Assembly: GCA_964016885.1 (NCBI GenBank) | Contig: OZ024743.1 | Span: 273,296,001 to 273,360,000 of the forward strand | Length of the DNA stretch: 64,000 nucleotides | Direction of reading: 5' to 3' | Source of the DNA: Eledone cirrhosa | Lineage: Eukaryota | In this document: positions 51,325 through 64,000 of the stretch, piece after piece | Numbering within the stretch: position 1 is the stretch's first letter | How the letters are laid out: the number at the start of each line of letters is the position of its first letter | Position numbers and translations under genes: made by a program | The notes under the pieces: model-generated | What the model was told of the DNA's origin: nothing | Seen by the model: only the letters and a program-made list of their open reading frames with translations | Database searches by the model: none

Positions 51325-54300
51325 ATTATTGTTTCTGAGATATATGCCGAGTGTCTTCCTGACACCTAGGGCAAATATATTGACAGTGTGCATTGGTAAG
51401 CCAGTTAATACAGAACATTGACTATAATTAAAAAAACAACAACAACAGTATACATATATACACATGTGCATATGCATATGTAAATACAAGGAGGGATATC
51501 AATTTTACAGAGATAGTGCTCTTCTCAATACAGTACCAGTCAAAACAATATTTTGCACCTCGTGCAGAGAGGGTAAACCAGGAATCATTCGCAAATATTG
51601 TTGTGTTCCTTTCTTGATCATTCCCAGTCCTCCCACAATCACTGGTATTGTAACTGCCTTGAGATGCCACATTTTTTCAATTTCAATAAGCAGATCTTTA
51701 TATTTTCGTAGCTTGTTAAATTCTTTTGCCGCGATATTGTGATCACATGGGATGCTCATATCTATCAATAAACAGACCTTGTTATGTTGATCTTTTACAA
51801 TGATGCCAGGTCAATTTGCTTTTATACTCCTGTCAGTGTGTACAGGAAAGTCCCAGAGAATTGTTACTTTTTCTCCTTCAGTTACAGCCTCAGGTTTAGG
51901 GTTAGGGTTAGGGTTCGGATTGTAACACTTGTCTTTAACTTTGATTTTGTAATGCCGAAATATTACCCAGTGTAGATATTGGCCGACTCTGTCATGTCTA
52001 TATTTATATTCTACTGGTGCTAAAACTTTACATCCAGAGACTAAGTGATCCACTGTTTCAACCTCATCATTGCAGAATCGGCACGTTGGGTTTATTCCGT
52101 TTCTCATCACATTGGCCTGGTAATTACAAGTCAATAAGTTTTGATCTTGGGCAGCTAAGTTGAAGCCTTCACTCTCCGCCTTTAGCCCTGAACTACGTAG
52201 CCACTGATGGGTGTGCTTTTGTTCAACATCAGCTTGTTTGCTACGGGCCACATGTTTGCCATACAGATGTTACTGCTCCCAATCTGATGCTAATTGTCTT
52301 TGCCCTTTTGCTTTTGTCAGTTATTTTATGTGCCTAGCAACATCAGTTGCAACAGCTTCTTTAGTCTGTCCAACCTGGGTATCAAGCATGAGATTAGTAG
52401 CATATTTGTTGCTCTTCTTCAAGATAGAATGAAGCTTCTTACTTCTCTCATGCTTTTCAACAAGTTTCAGAATACATTCGTTAGTTGTTTGAAGGTATTT
52501 GGCCAGTCCAATGATGGTGGTCTTGTAAGCAAGTTAACATTGAATCAGGCCACAACCTCCTTGAGTTCTAGGAAGGTAAAGACGATCCACATCTGCTTTT
52601 GGGTGGTGCATCCTATTACAGGTCAGTAGCTTACGGACTTTGGTGTCGATTCTTTTGATTTCACTCATATGCCAGTTCAACACACCGAAGCTATAAGTGT
52701 GCACGTACTCTCCTGTAACATTCTTTCTTTATCCTCTCTTCCATACTTGCATGCTGTATGCCGGAGCCCTCATTAATCCCTAAGTATTTATAGGTTTGTT
52801 CCTGCTCAAGTTCTTTATGATTGTTTCAGCATCCAATTTAACTGAGTCTGAGTTGACAAGATTCCCCTTCTTGAAAGTGGCTTTTGTACACTTGTCAAGT
52901 CCAAACTCCACCCTGATGTCATCGCTAAACGTTTTTACTGTCCGCAAAAGGCCTTCCAGTTCGTCATTATCTTTGCAATATAGCTTCAAGTCATCCATAT
53001 AAAATAGGTGGTTTATTTTGTGGTTGTCAATTCTATAACCGTGCCCTGTTTGGATGTAAGGGGTATTAAAGCTATGCAGAAAAGCAATGGTGAAAGTGAG
53101 TCACCTTGGAATATACCACAGTTGATGTTTATATTCCTAGTTTATATACCTCAGTGGAATGAGACAATTGGAAATTTGTGTTTCATAATGACATACTGTG
53201 CTTCAGGAAGTTTGAGATCACACGTGAGATTTTGAAGATGTCCAGTGATTTCAGAATCCATGAGTGTGGTATGCTGTCAAAGGCTTCTTTATAATCGATC
53301 CATGCAGAACTGAGATTTCTGTGTTTATTATGACAGTTCTCAAGGATCATACGATTAATCAAAAGTTGATCTTTGCAACCATATGAACCTCGACGGCACC
53401 CTTTTTGTTCAATGGGGAAAATACTGTTCTCCTTCAAAAACACGTATGCTTTTTCCATGAGAATAGATGTTAGTAGTTTATAAGTGGTGGACAAGCAGGT
53501 TATGAGCCGATAGTTTTTTTTATCTTTGGTTTCGTTGTTCTTTGGTGGATGGTAGGTAATGCCACTTGCTATCCAATCAGGTGTATTTTTTGGATCTTTC
53601 ATAATTCCATTAAACAGCTTAACCAATATATTGAGAGTGAACGGGAGTGGGGAAAGCCAGAAATTTGGCACCCTATCTCTACCAGGAGATTTCCATTTAT
53701 GAGATTCATTGCTGTGTTTAAGTCCGCTATAGAGATCTTCCCACGCCTGTTCTTCTAAATTTGTGTAGAATTTTTCGAGGCGACTAATCCAATCTGCATT
53801 AGCATTATATGTCTTCTAATCACTCCAAATCTTACTCCAGATAATTATTTCTTTCTTCCCTAATTCTCTATAAAATGACTTCGAATTGGATGAGAATAAT
53901 TTATTTTGCCTGTAGAAGCTGTTTCGCTTCTCTAATCTACGAATTCGTTGGGCTTTTACTTGGACTTTTTGTTTCAGAGATTCTTTTGTTGAAACTATTG
54001 CTTCTCTAGAAGACAGTCCATATGTTCTTAACTATCTTGGACCTTGTAACATTTCCAGCGGTTAACTCACTCAATAAATATATTTCTCCTCTCATTACGT
54101 CAATCTACTTTTCGATTCTACTCCTCCAAATTGGTTTACCTCGAAGGTTTGACCTTTTTTGTTTTTTTTTGTGGTAAACACCTTGTTTCAATTACTCTAG
54201 CAGACGCATAAATGATTTCATTTAACTCACTAAGATCAGGTTCTAGTTCTCCTATGATTTCTTTTGTCAAAGAATTACCAATAATTATTTGTTTTCTATT

Positions 54301-55162
54301 TTGGATTGTATTTGCGAGTTTTTGAAGTTGTTCTCTATCATTTATACTAGAATGTCTTACTACTGCAAGCTCATCAGTATTTTTTGCTTTAATTCCTTCA
54401 TAGTCTCCCTGTGTTCTTCAGCATATGTTTGGTTATCAATTACTGTTTCTGTGTCCCTCTCCTGGCTATTTTCAGCGGTTTCAATAGGGCTTCTCATTTT
54501 TACAAACCTATTTGTGATTTTGTCAGATGGAGGTTTTTCAGTAAAGACATGTGACTGGTTACTATCTCCAGGAGATTCTTCAGTTCTTTCATCATTTCTA
54601 TTTATGTCATTCTCCACGGCCTGCTTGATCGCAGTTAGTTCAGTGTCTGTGAGTCTATTATTTCTAAAGATATACCTCCTTACATTTGCCAACTTATTTA
54701 CATCTATATCACGTCTGCTAGCTTGATTCCGAGTTTTCCAGATTTTGTAGGAGTTTAAAGTGTGTCTGTCTTGTGATTGCTTACCTAATGCATAGTAATA
54801 TGCATATATTACTTCTTTATACTCTTCTCGGGTCCATTTCATCCTTTTAGGTTTTTCTTTTTGAGGTGGTTTGGGTGGTGGATCTGGAGGGCTCGAGTTG
54901 GGGCAATCCCCGATCAAGTGACCAACCAGGTCCATCATTGGAGAAGAGTTTGTGCCAGAGGAGGACTTTTCGATCTCAGGTTGGCACCTTCCTGAGGGAC
55001 GCGCTTCCTGATTAACCATAGGAAAAGCGATTTAGTATTGTGTATTAATTTTTATTTGTTCATCTCGCAGTACATGCTTGCATTACGCATGGTATTGGAC
55101 GTACATGGAAAGTTGCCCGGCTCTGTGGGTAGTGCATTTGCTGGATGGCACTGAGATCATTA
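51325..55162 (-). mobile_element. R4/Dong family C, full-length but degenerate
   Basis: Starts MVNQE (55019) with KWTREEY; YRLITCL, EQKGC, WIDYKEAFD, YMDDLKL, CRFC..H...C, RHD, IDMSIP, VGGLG. Confidence 0.92.
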
Positions 55163-55166
55163 TTAC

Positions 55167-55352
55167 AGAATTGGCAGTATCGGTAGAGGGTCGGACGCCA
55201 TGATTTCTAGCATAGTTACTTCCCTTTACGGTCTGCGTTCAAATCCCGTCGAGGTTAACTTTGCCTTTCATCCTTACAGGGTCGATAAAATAAAGTACAA
55301 GTAATGTACTGGGTATTTGCTGGCCTTGTGCCAAAAGTAGAAACAATTATTA
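55167..55352 (+). mobile_element. SINE
   Basis: Same family as 14505 and 35254. Confidence 0.8.
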
Positions 55353-56039
55353 CTATTATAACAGTATAGTTATGGTCATTGCTGTTGTTGATTGAGATGA
55401 TATTGTTATGGTTGAAGCTGTAAGAGGTGTACGAGAATTTTCTCAAATGTTCTTGCGGTGTGAGTGCTGTTGCTGGTGGTGTCAGGGAGATTAATGCTGG
55501 GGTGGGGGTGCTGGGAGTGGTAGTGGGTAGGGTGACATTGTAGCTTATAGGAGTTGCTTCGATGTTATTTTCTGTCTATTACGAGTTTGAGGTGTAAATG
55601 GAGTGCTAGTATTATTTTTCTTCCCCTTTGTTGTGTCCTTTGTGTGGGCTCCATACACGTACATAAATATACACACACACGTGCATACTTATACACACGT
55701 TTGTATTTACACACACATATATATATACCCACACATTAGACACTGGGATTTACTGGTGTGAATGTGTGAGGAAGTGGTTGTGAATGTGGTGGTGGGAGGG
55801 AGAAGTGATCTTTCAACTGTCCATTTTCCTTTCAAAATCTGAAATTTAGCCACAATCGACCAAAATGTAAAAAAAAAAAATTGTATTAGGGAAATATTTA
55901 AAAATATATATGCACCTTTCACATCTTCAGCCACAAATATGATTGCATAATAATTAGTAGGATTTTTGATTAAACAGAACTTATCCCCCGAAATAAACAG
56001 TGTGTTTTCCGATCTATGTCTGTTTCTTTTCTTCAAATA

Positions 56040-56132
56040 ATTGTTTCTACTTTTGGCACAAGGCCAGCAATTTACTAGTACATTACTGGTACTTTATTTT
56101 ATCGACCCCGTATGGATGAAATGCAAAGTTAA
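56040..56132 (-). mobile_element. SINE 3' fragment (a shorter related piece lies at 58124-58170)
   Basis: Reverse complement of the GGGGTCGATAAAATAAAGTACCAGT...GCTGGCCTTGTGCCAAAAGTAGAAAC core. Confidence 0.7.
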
Positions 56133-58899
56133 TATAATATGTAAACAGCGATTGTAATGGTTCAATATATAAACATATGCAGTTCTCACAACTAGTGTCA
56201 GATTATTTGTAGAGATAAGTGGTGAAATAATTTGTCTAATTTTCGTGTTGGGGAATACCAAAATAAACAAAACTTACTCCTCGAAATAAGCCACGTGTGT
56301 CGTCCGATCTACGACTGTTTCTCTTCTTCAAATAGTTTTTTTCTTTAAGTTCAAAGAGCGAACGTCTGTATATCTGCATGTTTCTTTTATGTACATTGTT
56401 CGTTGTGTTTATAATACATGTATGTGTAATATAATCAATAGAGTTTGTTACTTACATATATCGTTTTTCTTTTGTTTTGATTTAAAATTCTGATATTCAG
56501 TTTCTTTATTTACACATGTGGTCCGTTGTTTTAATGAAGAAAATTATGTTATAAGGATGATCCGTGTACAAAATTTATTTTTTGTAGGCTTCTTTGGTAT
56601 TCGTCCATTATGTTTCCACTTCGTTTTCTTAGTGTTTTCACCAGAGTACACGATACTTAGGGTAGCAGAATGGGTAATAGGAAAATAGTCAGGTCCTGAC
56701 TCTTTTCCTATATATATATATTTAATACAAGAAAGATAAATGAGAGCTTACTTAAATTTAGGGTGGAGCTTATTGTAAATGCCTCTCTAAATAAGAGAAT
56801 TTTGTAACAGTTAGACCTAAAAAATAATAATAATAATAAAAGACGCAAAATTTGTTGTTTTTAGATTAAAATTGTTTACAGATGTTTTCAAAATGATGAG
56901 AGAGAGAGAGATAGAAAGGGAGATAGAGTGGGATAGAGAAAGAGAGTAGAGTGTAGAGAGAGAAATAATAGTAAAAAATAACAATTAATTTATATATATT
57001 GCATAAAGAAAAATGTAGCCGCATCAAATTTATGCTGTATAGATATGTGTGAAGATAAAGGAAAAACGAAAGACATATCAAATAGAGATAAATGATGGAA
57101 TAGAAAGAAAGAAAGAACGAGAGTAAGGATTCGGGATGTGAGCAGCAGAGAAAGAAATATTTAGATACATACTAAAAAAAAAAAAAGAACACTAATCTAA
57201 TAACTTATTTATGACAGGATACTTGGTAAAATAAATTTTATCTACTTGCGTTAAAGGAAAATAAAAGGTAGATTTCACATTTTAATATTATTTTATATAT
57301 TTCACATAAGATGAGATAAATTACCTATTATAAATATGTACACAAAAACATGTGTATAATGGATTGAAGTACATAAGTAAAGGTGGTTAAGAAAAAATAT
57401 ATGTAAAATGCGTTTATATATATATGAAATTATATTAATGTGAAAATAAACTACATTCTAAATTGAAACACAAATGTGTAGTCTTTCATAAAGGCAAATG
57501 AATGTGAAAGGGAAGAAAAGAGGGAATTATATGGTTTTTTTTTAAATTTGTTTTCAAACAAAGTAGGTGTAAGTGATATGAGAATAATAATATGATATGG
57601 TAAACGTAACAAGGAATAATATATATCTAGGATAGAATGACCGAGGAGAGCTTGAGTTGATACTGAAGATCGGCGGTTAAGTTGAAGGAAAAGTATCAGA
57701 TATTTTGCATTATTCATGCACAAATTTAAGATGAAGAATATGTATGAAAATGTTCGATTTAAAATAGTGAGTAATAATTTAATTTTTGCGTGAAGGTTAA
57801 ATATGTTTGTGTCCGTAGAAGTTTAAGACAAAACTTATGAAATTGTTGAGGCATAGTGTAAATTAAATGATTCTAGAGTGTGAGTAGGTCGGAAGCTACA
57901 AGAAATATGTGTAACTCCATTGTGCATATTAAGTATGTTTCTTTTTATATAGTTGGGGCTAAAGAACTAGCTGTATATATCATGTAGCTAATATTAGGGT
58001 AATCATCAGCATATATTAAAGTTATGTATATCGGCAAACACGTGAATTCCTTTTCATTCTATATAGTCTTAAAATTACATTCCTTAAATCAAATACAGGG
58101 AGAATTCTAGCAAGTCGACTGCCTAGTACATTACTGGTACTTTATTTTATCGACCCCGTATGGATGAAATAAAATCTTTGTATTGCCACAATACAAAGAG
58201 CAGAAATAAAAAAAAAAACAATGTACTTATTTTCGTTTTATATTGTTTGGTACATCATCAGCGTAGATATCACCTTCACCAAAGCCAACATGTTAGATAT
58301 TAACTTACAATTACCACGTTGAGCACATTACCCTCTTAGGAAACTTGTTGAATCCTTGAACTATATGTATAGATTTTTGAGCCAGCATCGGTACATTAAA
58401 AATCTACTCGGAAATGGTACAATGATCAAAACCGTTTTGGAAATAAGTAATTTCTTTCCGGAATCCGCTCTTTAATGAGACGTTTGCTAGAAGCGGATTC
58501 AAAACTCTCTTCTATTCAACATACTGCTATCAACAAAAACATAAATTATAAACAGAAAATAGGCAAAAAAAGATTAGTGTCATACAACCGGCTACTGCCT
58601 AGTAGCGAAATACCCGTTTACACTACTTACAAAATTAACTTCCATCCACCTCATAAATATTATAAAGTCGTCAAAAGAAACATCATTAAAACTTCAGTAA
58701 ATTTATAGATTACATTCGATTTCATTGGAAACCCTTCATCTGTTTTTCTGTTAAAAATGTCGATTGCAAGCATCTTGGAAGCCAAGTTATTTGATAGGCC
58801 ACGAAACAGAAACGAGGGAAAAAATGTCCCACTGAATCGAAGCGGGTTTAGTAATATTACCAAAACATCTTATTCTACATCTCTCTCTCTATATATATA

Positions 58900-59605
58900 T
58901 AAAATAAACATATGAAACAATCACAAGGAATAATTTGTAAAGTGTGTAAGCACACACAGCTAGTTTTAACTAGAACTTCAAATATAGATACCTTTTAAAA
59001 TGATTTTTAAAGAAATATATTTCACCATCAATCGGTAAAGCACAGTAGTCAAATCCTGGATTTTCAACAAGGAAATTTAACTATCTGTGTTTACACAATA
59101 AATGCAAATCTGTGAATGACTAGCAGCACGTGTTGCATTTTTTAAAAATACACACATCGAACCAGCGTCATCCCAGTGGCGTGAATAGGATTATCGACAG
59201 CTAGAAATAGCAACCGAGTCCTTTCAACTGAGTTAGCTCTACAATTAGGGGCCGTATAAATATCCAAAATTAAATTGTGTCATGTCTGAGAGACATGCGC
59301 CATATCCACTGTAGAATATGCTCAAAGATTACAATGAATAGATCCGAGCATTAAAAGGTATCTATATTTGAAGTTCTAGTTAAACTTTAATTAGTTACCT
59401 ATCTAGCTGTGTGTGCTTACACACTTCACAAATTATTCCCTGCGATTGTTTCATATGTTTAATTTAGATATATATATATATATGTTTATTTTAAATATAT
59501 ATATAAAATGCTCGGATCTATTCATTGGAATCCTTGATTATACTCTACAGTGGATATGGTGCATGTCTCTCAGACATGACACCCTTAATTTAATTTTGGA
59601 TATAT
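58900..59605. repeat. Two interleaved inverted-repeat pairs next to TA runs
   Basis: 58900-58998 vs 59351-59466, and 59259-59352 vs 59503-59605. Confidence 0.75.
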
Positions 59606-60782
59606 ATTCTACAACATCAATCTTGTTCCAAATCCTTGTTTCATTGAACAAGCACAGAAGATTAATTCAGCGATTTTCATAATGATTCTAAAATAAATTT
59701 CATGAACACCAGCACATGATTCTATAAATATAAATGCCTAGGAATTTATAGTGTTCATCAAGGTAAAAACTAACAACTCACAACATAACTACAGCAGTAT
59801 CATCATTAAGCCAGTTCACCAATTCACACACATTTAGGTAACCAATACAAGAAGGACATTTTATTATATGATTTCCTTTAAATTACAACAATTTAATTCA
59901 CGAATGAAAGTATAGCCTGCTGTAGAAAAGAAATCTGCAGGGCCAATTCATACACAAGTAATTCTTATTTATGCATAACTAATAATTTAATCATACTATT
60001 TTTTAAAGACCACGTATTAAGGAACTCAATAAAAGGGGTTTTCTGTATATATAAAATACTAGAAGCATAAGAAATGTATAAACAGCTAACGTATCCTACA
60101 ACAGACCTTATTTATAATTATAAACTACCAAATAATAATTATCTACTATTTCTAACAACAACACTTTGTCTCAAATGCACTATTTCACGAGGCCACTAAT
60201 ATTTAATTTGCTACATAATTTCTACATGCTATTTATTCCTAGAAAGAGAATAGAATTACCTTGTTTAAACATACAGTTTCACATATTTATAGCAGTTTTC
60301 GCCTTTAAAACTATAGAAATAATCATTTTTCACGAGATCTAAGCCGTTGACATACTTATTCACGAAAGTACCTGCTAACACCAAAAGTAAATTTATCCTC
60401 CCTGCCAAAATACGAAGAGTGTGCACTACTTAAATTTCATTATGTTCACGCCTATTATGACTCGGAGTAAAAACTTGAATATATTCTACAAATATACCTT
60501 TTGGCACTCAACATATTTCTTCAATTTGTCACATTGTAAAGCCTAACTTCTGTATAACTCCAGCCATAATTACTCAACCATAATACATCCTTTCTAAATG
60601 TTCATTAAATTCCGTTCTTCACCTTCCGTATCTGTTATTTATATTATATTTCTCATATCTTTCATACATCTGCTATGTGACAATCAATATGATATGTATT
60701 GAATTAGGTTTATAATTCAGCTTTTGTCATCTCCATTAATTATGTTTTATAACTTCCTTATTCTACAATGCGCCTTATATAT

Positions 60783-60956
60783 ATCCTGTGGGAGCCCCTA
60801 CATGGACACACTAGAAGAGGAAGACCAAGGTTAACGTATGTTGATGCCCTAGGACAGACACTGGTCTGTTGGAGACGCAGGACATGGCAGCGATAATGAA
60901 GGACAGAGACCGCTGGAGAGAACTCGTCCATGGTTCTCGAGAATTTTACCCGCGTT

Positions 60957-60958
<2 letters not shown>
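60783..60958 (+). mobile_element. RTE-type LINE 3' end
   Basis: [23 protein letters not shown]...[11 protein letters not shown], followed by (TA)n. Confidence 0.7.
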
Positions 60959-61012
<54 letters not shown>

Positions 61013-61097
61013 GTGCATGTGCGTGTGTGTGTATATATGTATGCATATAATATATATATATATGTGTGCGTATGCGTGTGCGTGTATATATGTATGC

Positions 61098-61152
<55 letters not shown>

Positions 61153-61213
61153 GCTGGTCACTAATCACTCGTACACTGGAATCTGACTGGCTAGAAAATA
61201 TTTAAGACATTAA

Positions 61214-62571
61214 CAGAGAAAGCTGTAAGCAACACTCCGACTGGCTTCCGTCTCACTCAACAAACATTACGATTTACCTTAGTATAATCCCAATTACACG
61301 TTTGGAATGCTAACTATACGTATTTTGCGGATAGCCAGTTGTGTTATTTTATATGAGACATAATTAAAATACATCTCTCTTTCCAAACGATCATTTCATT
61401 ATAAGTTTTCTACAAATTGGGAAAATAATGTCCAGGTTATGTAGAAGCCCTACACATAGTCCATAGGAATATATGTAGGTGGGAACTTATAAATAATCAG
61501 TGGATACCCGGCAAATATCGATATAAAAAAAACCTTAACGACATTAATGTTCAGCGATGGTACCCTTCCGTGCTAGAATGATCGCCAAATTTGAAATTCC
61601 AGCAGTCTCACAATGAGAAATCTCACACTGCCATCAAGCGGAAAGGGGAGGTTATCGCAAAACATAAAAGAATAAAATAATATGCACGCGGGTCAATTAA
61701 TTCTTTCAATAATTTTAACCTTGCGTGAAGAACTCAATTGGATATAAAAAATAAATAAATATATGCATGTATTATTTATACACGCATATAGGTATTTTCT
61801 CAGGCTAAAAACAGAGACAAGATACCGGAAGAACAATCAATATTTCATACAAAGAATAAATACGGAAAGTCATACCTAAAAGGTATCTGGAAATATTCAT
61901 CCCTGGCCAAATCAAGAGTATTATATATAATACATTACCAGAGAAAGCTTTAAGCAATACTCCGACCGGCTTCCGTCTCACTCAACAAACATTAGGATAT
62001 ACCTTAGTATAATCCCAATTATACGTTTGGGATGCTAACTATACGTATTTTGCGGATAGCCAGTTTTATTATTTTATATGAGAGATAATTAAAATACATC
62101 TCTCTTTCCAAACGATCGTTTCATTATAAGTTTTCTACAAATTGGGAAAATAATGTCCAGGTTATGTAGAAGCCTACACATAGTCCATAGGAATATATAT
62201 AGGTGGGCACTTATAAATCATCAGTGGATATCCGACAAATATCGATATTAAAAAAACCTTACCGACATTAATGTTCAGCGATTGTACCCTTCCGTGCTAG
62301 AATGACCGCCAAATTTGAAATTCCAGCAGTCTCACAATGACAAATCTCACACTGCCATCAAGCGGAAAGGGGAGGTCATCGCAAAACATAAAAGAATAAA
62401 ATAATATGCACGCGGGTAAATTAATTCTGTCAATAATTTTAACCATGCGTGAAGAACTCAATTGGATATAAAAAATAATTAATATATGCATGTATTATTT
62501 ATACACGTATATAGGTATTTTCTTAGTTTAAAAGCTGAGACAAGATACCGGAAGAACAATCAATATTTCAT
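61214..62571. repeat. Tandem duplication, period ~725 bp
   Basis: 61214-61849 matches 61939-62571 with scattered substitutions. Confidence 0.9.
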
Positions 62572-64000
62572 CCCAATTGACAGATTTAATTGGTATCTTT
62601 ATTTTGAACTATTTGAATCGGAAAATTCCTCAACTTCGCCGTGGAATTTATCGTGACAATGGACTCTTTACTATCTTAAATTGCAACATAGTTAACCTTA
62701 ATATTATTAAGAACAATATACGTAATCTCTTTAACCAACATAACTTAAAAATTGAATTTGATAACAGCATCAAACTAGCTAATTTATTGGATGTATCTCT
62801 TAATCTTGTCACTCCCCTATATTACCCTTACCATAAAAACAATGAGAACCTAAATTATGTTAATTTTAAGTCTAACCACCCCACTAATATTAAGAATGTT
62901 ATAGTTAGTAATATTGGAAAAAGAATATCTAACCTATCTTCTAATAAAAACATCTTTGATGCTAACGCCGATTACTATAATAACGCCCTTTCTAAAGCCG
63001 GTTATCCTGATAAAATCAAATATAGTAAAGAAACAAATTCTAGAAGATCTTACAGTAGAATAATTAATCATGATCATTCCAATAACTTTAATAAAAGACC
63101 TAGATACAAAAACATAATCTGGTATAATGCTCCTTTCTCCATCTCTATTAATAATAATATTCCTAAATTATTCTTTAGTGCCTTAAATAAATGCTTCCCT
63201 CCCTCACATATCTATAGTAAAATATTTAACAAACACACTATAAAATTCTCCTATCCGACCTCCTCCAACATCTCCAACATTATCTCTAAACACAACAATA
63301 AAATACTAAATACTAAATCTCTTCCTTCCAACACTGAATATCATAATATTAGTAATAGTACTCCCGACGTCATTGTTAACTCTAGGCTAATTTCTGCAAA
63401 CCCAAATACAACGTCAAACGCAACTTCCTTAAATGTTGTTAATCCCATTCTAAATCAATAAACTATCGTAAATAACTTCTCCAATCCAATCTCTTCTATA
63501 GATAACACTAGGTCACTTGTGAATAACTCTGTTAATCTCTCTAATCGCAATTGTAATTGCCCTGTTAAAAATAAATGTCCTCTCAACAACCATTGTCTTG
63601 AAAAAAAATTAATTTACGAATGTAATGTTATAACTGACACCAATTCCTTTACCTATTTTGGCTCCACTTCCACCTCCTTTAAAGCTCGTCTTTATAATCA
63701 TCATTCGTATTTTAAATACCAACTTAAAAGAACCAACACGGCACTCTCAGAACTCATATGGTCCTTGAAAGACAAAAATATTAACTATAACATCTCTTGG
63801 AAAAAGGTTTCTTCTGCTTCTCATGCTTGAACAGTTCTCTATCCAAGACATGCAATCTCTATTAATGTGAAAAATTTACCATTATATCTAATTTAGATTC
63901 TATAATAAATAGACGCACTGAATCGTTCTCTCTCTGCTTGCATAAATTCCACAGAACATTCCATAAAGTATACAGCTAATATCTAATACTTTACCAATTT
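62572..64000 (+). mobile_element. Third Penelope-like element (related to the 24-29 kb family but diverged), 5'-truncated, running to the window end
   Basis: TDLIGIFIL, GIYRDNG, LLDVSLNL, SNHP, IIWYNAPF, CNCP..CPL...C, LIYEC..YFGSTSTSFKAR. Confidence 0.9.

Overview
AT-rich, microsatellite-dense eukaryotic DNA. It is probably a cephalopod such as an octopus (inference from the SINE families and repeat landscape), and no host gene can be confidently identified. Two microsatellite-targeting retroelement systems dominate. (1) R4/Dong-clade RLE non-LTR retrotransposons of three families (A, B, C) form head-to-tail arrays joined by (TAA)n (2.5-13.9 kb, + strand; 35.6-55.2 kb, - strand). They share a covarying 3' stem-loop, and the copies with intact 5' ends carry structured, pseudoknotted 5' leaders that do not fit the canonical HDV fold. 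(2) Penelope-like elements (RT + C-terminal GIY-YIG) sit in (TA)n. They include a 5.4-kb head-to-head palindrome and a series of unrelated ~0.27-0.7 kb fold-back elements of the same asymmetric design, several carrying minimal or variant hammerhead ribozyme motifs. The remainder is RTE, Tx1-like and SINE fragments, tandem duplications and simple repeats. All structures were derived by eye; nothing was computed or searched.
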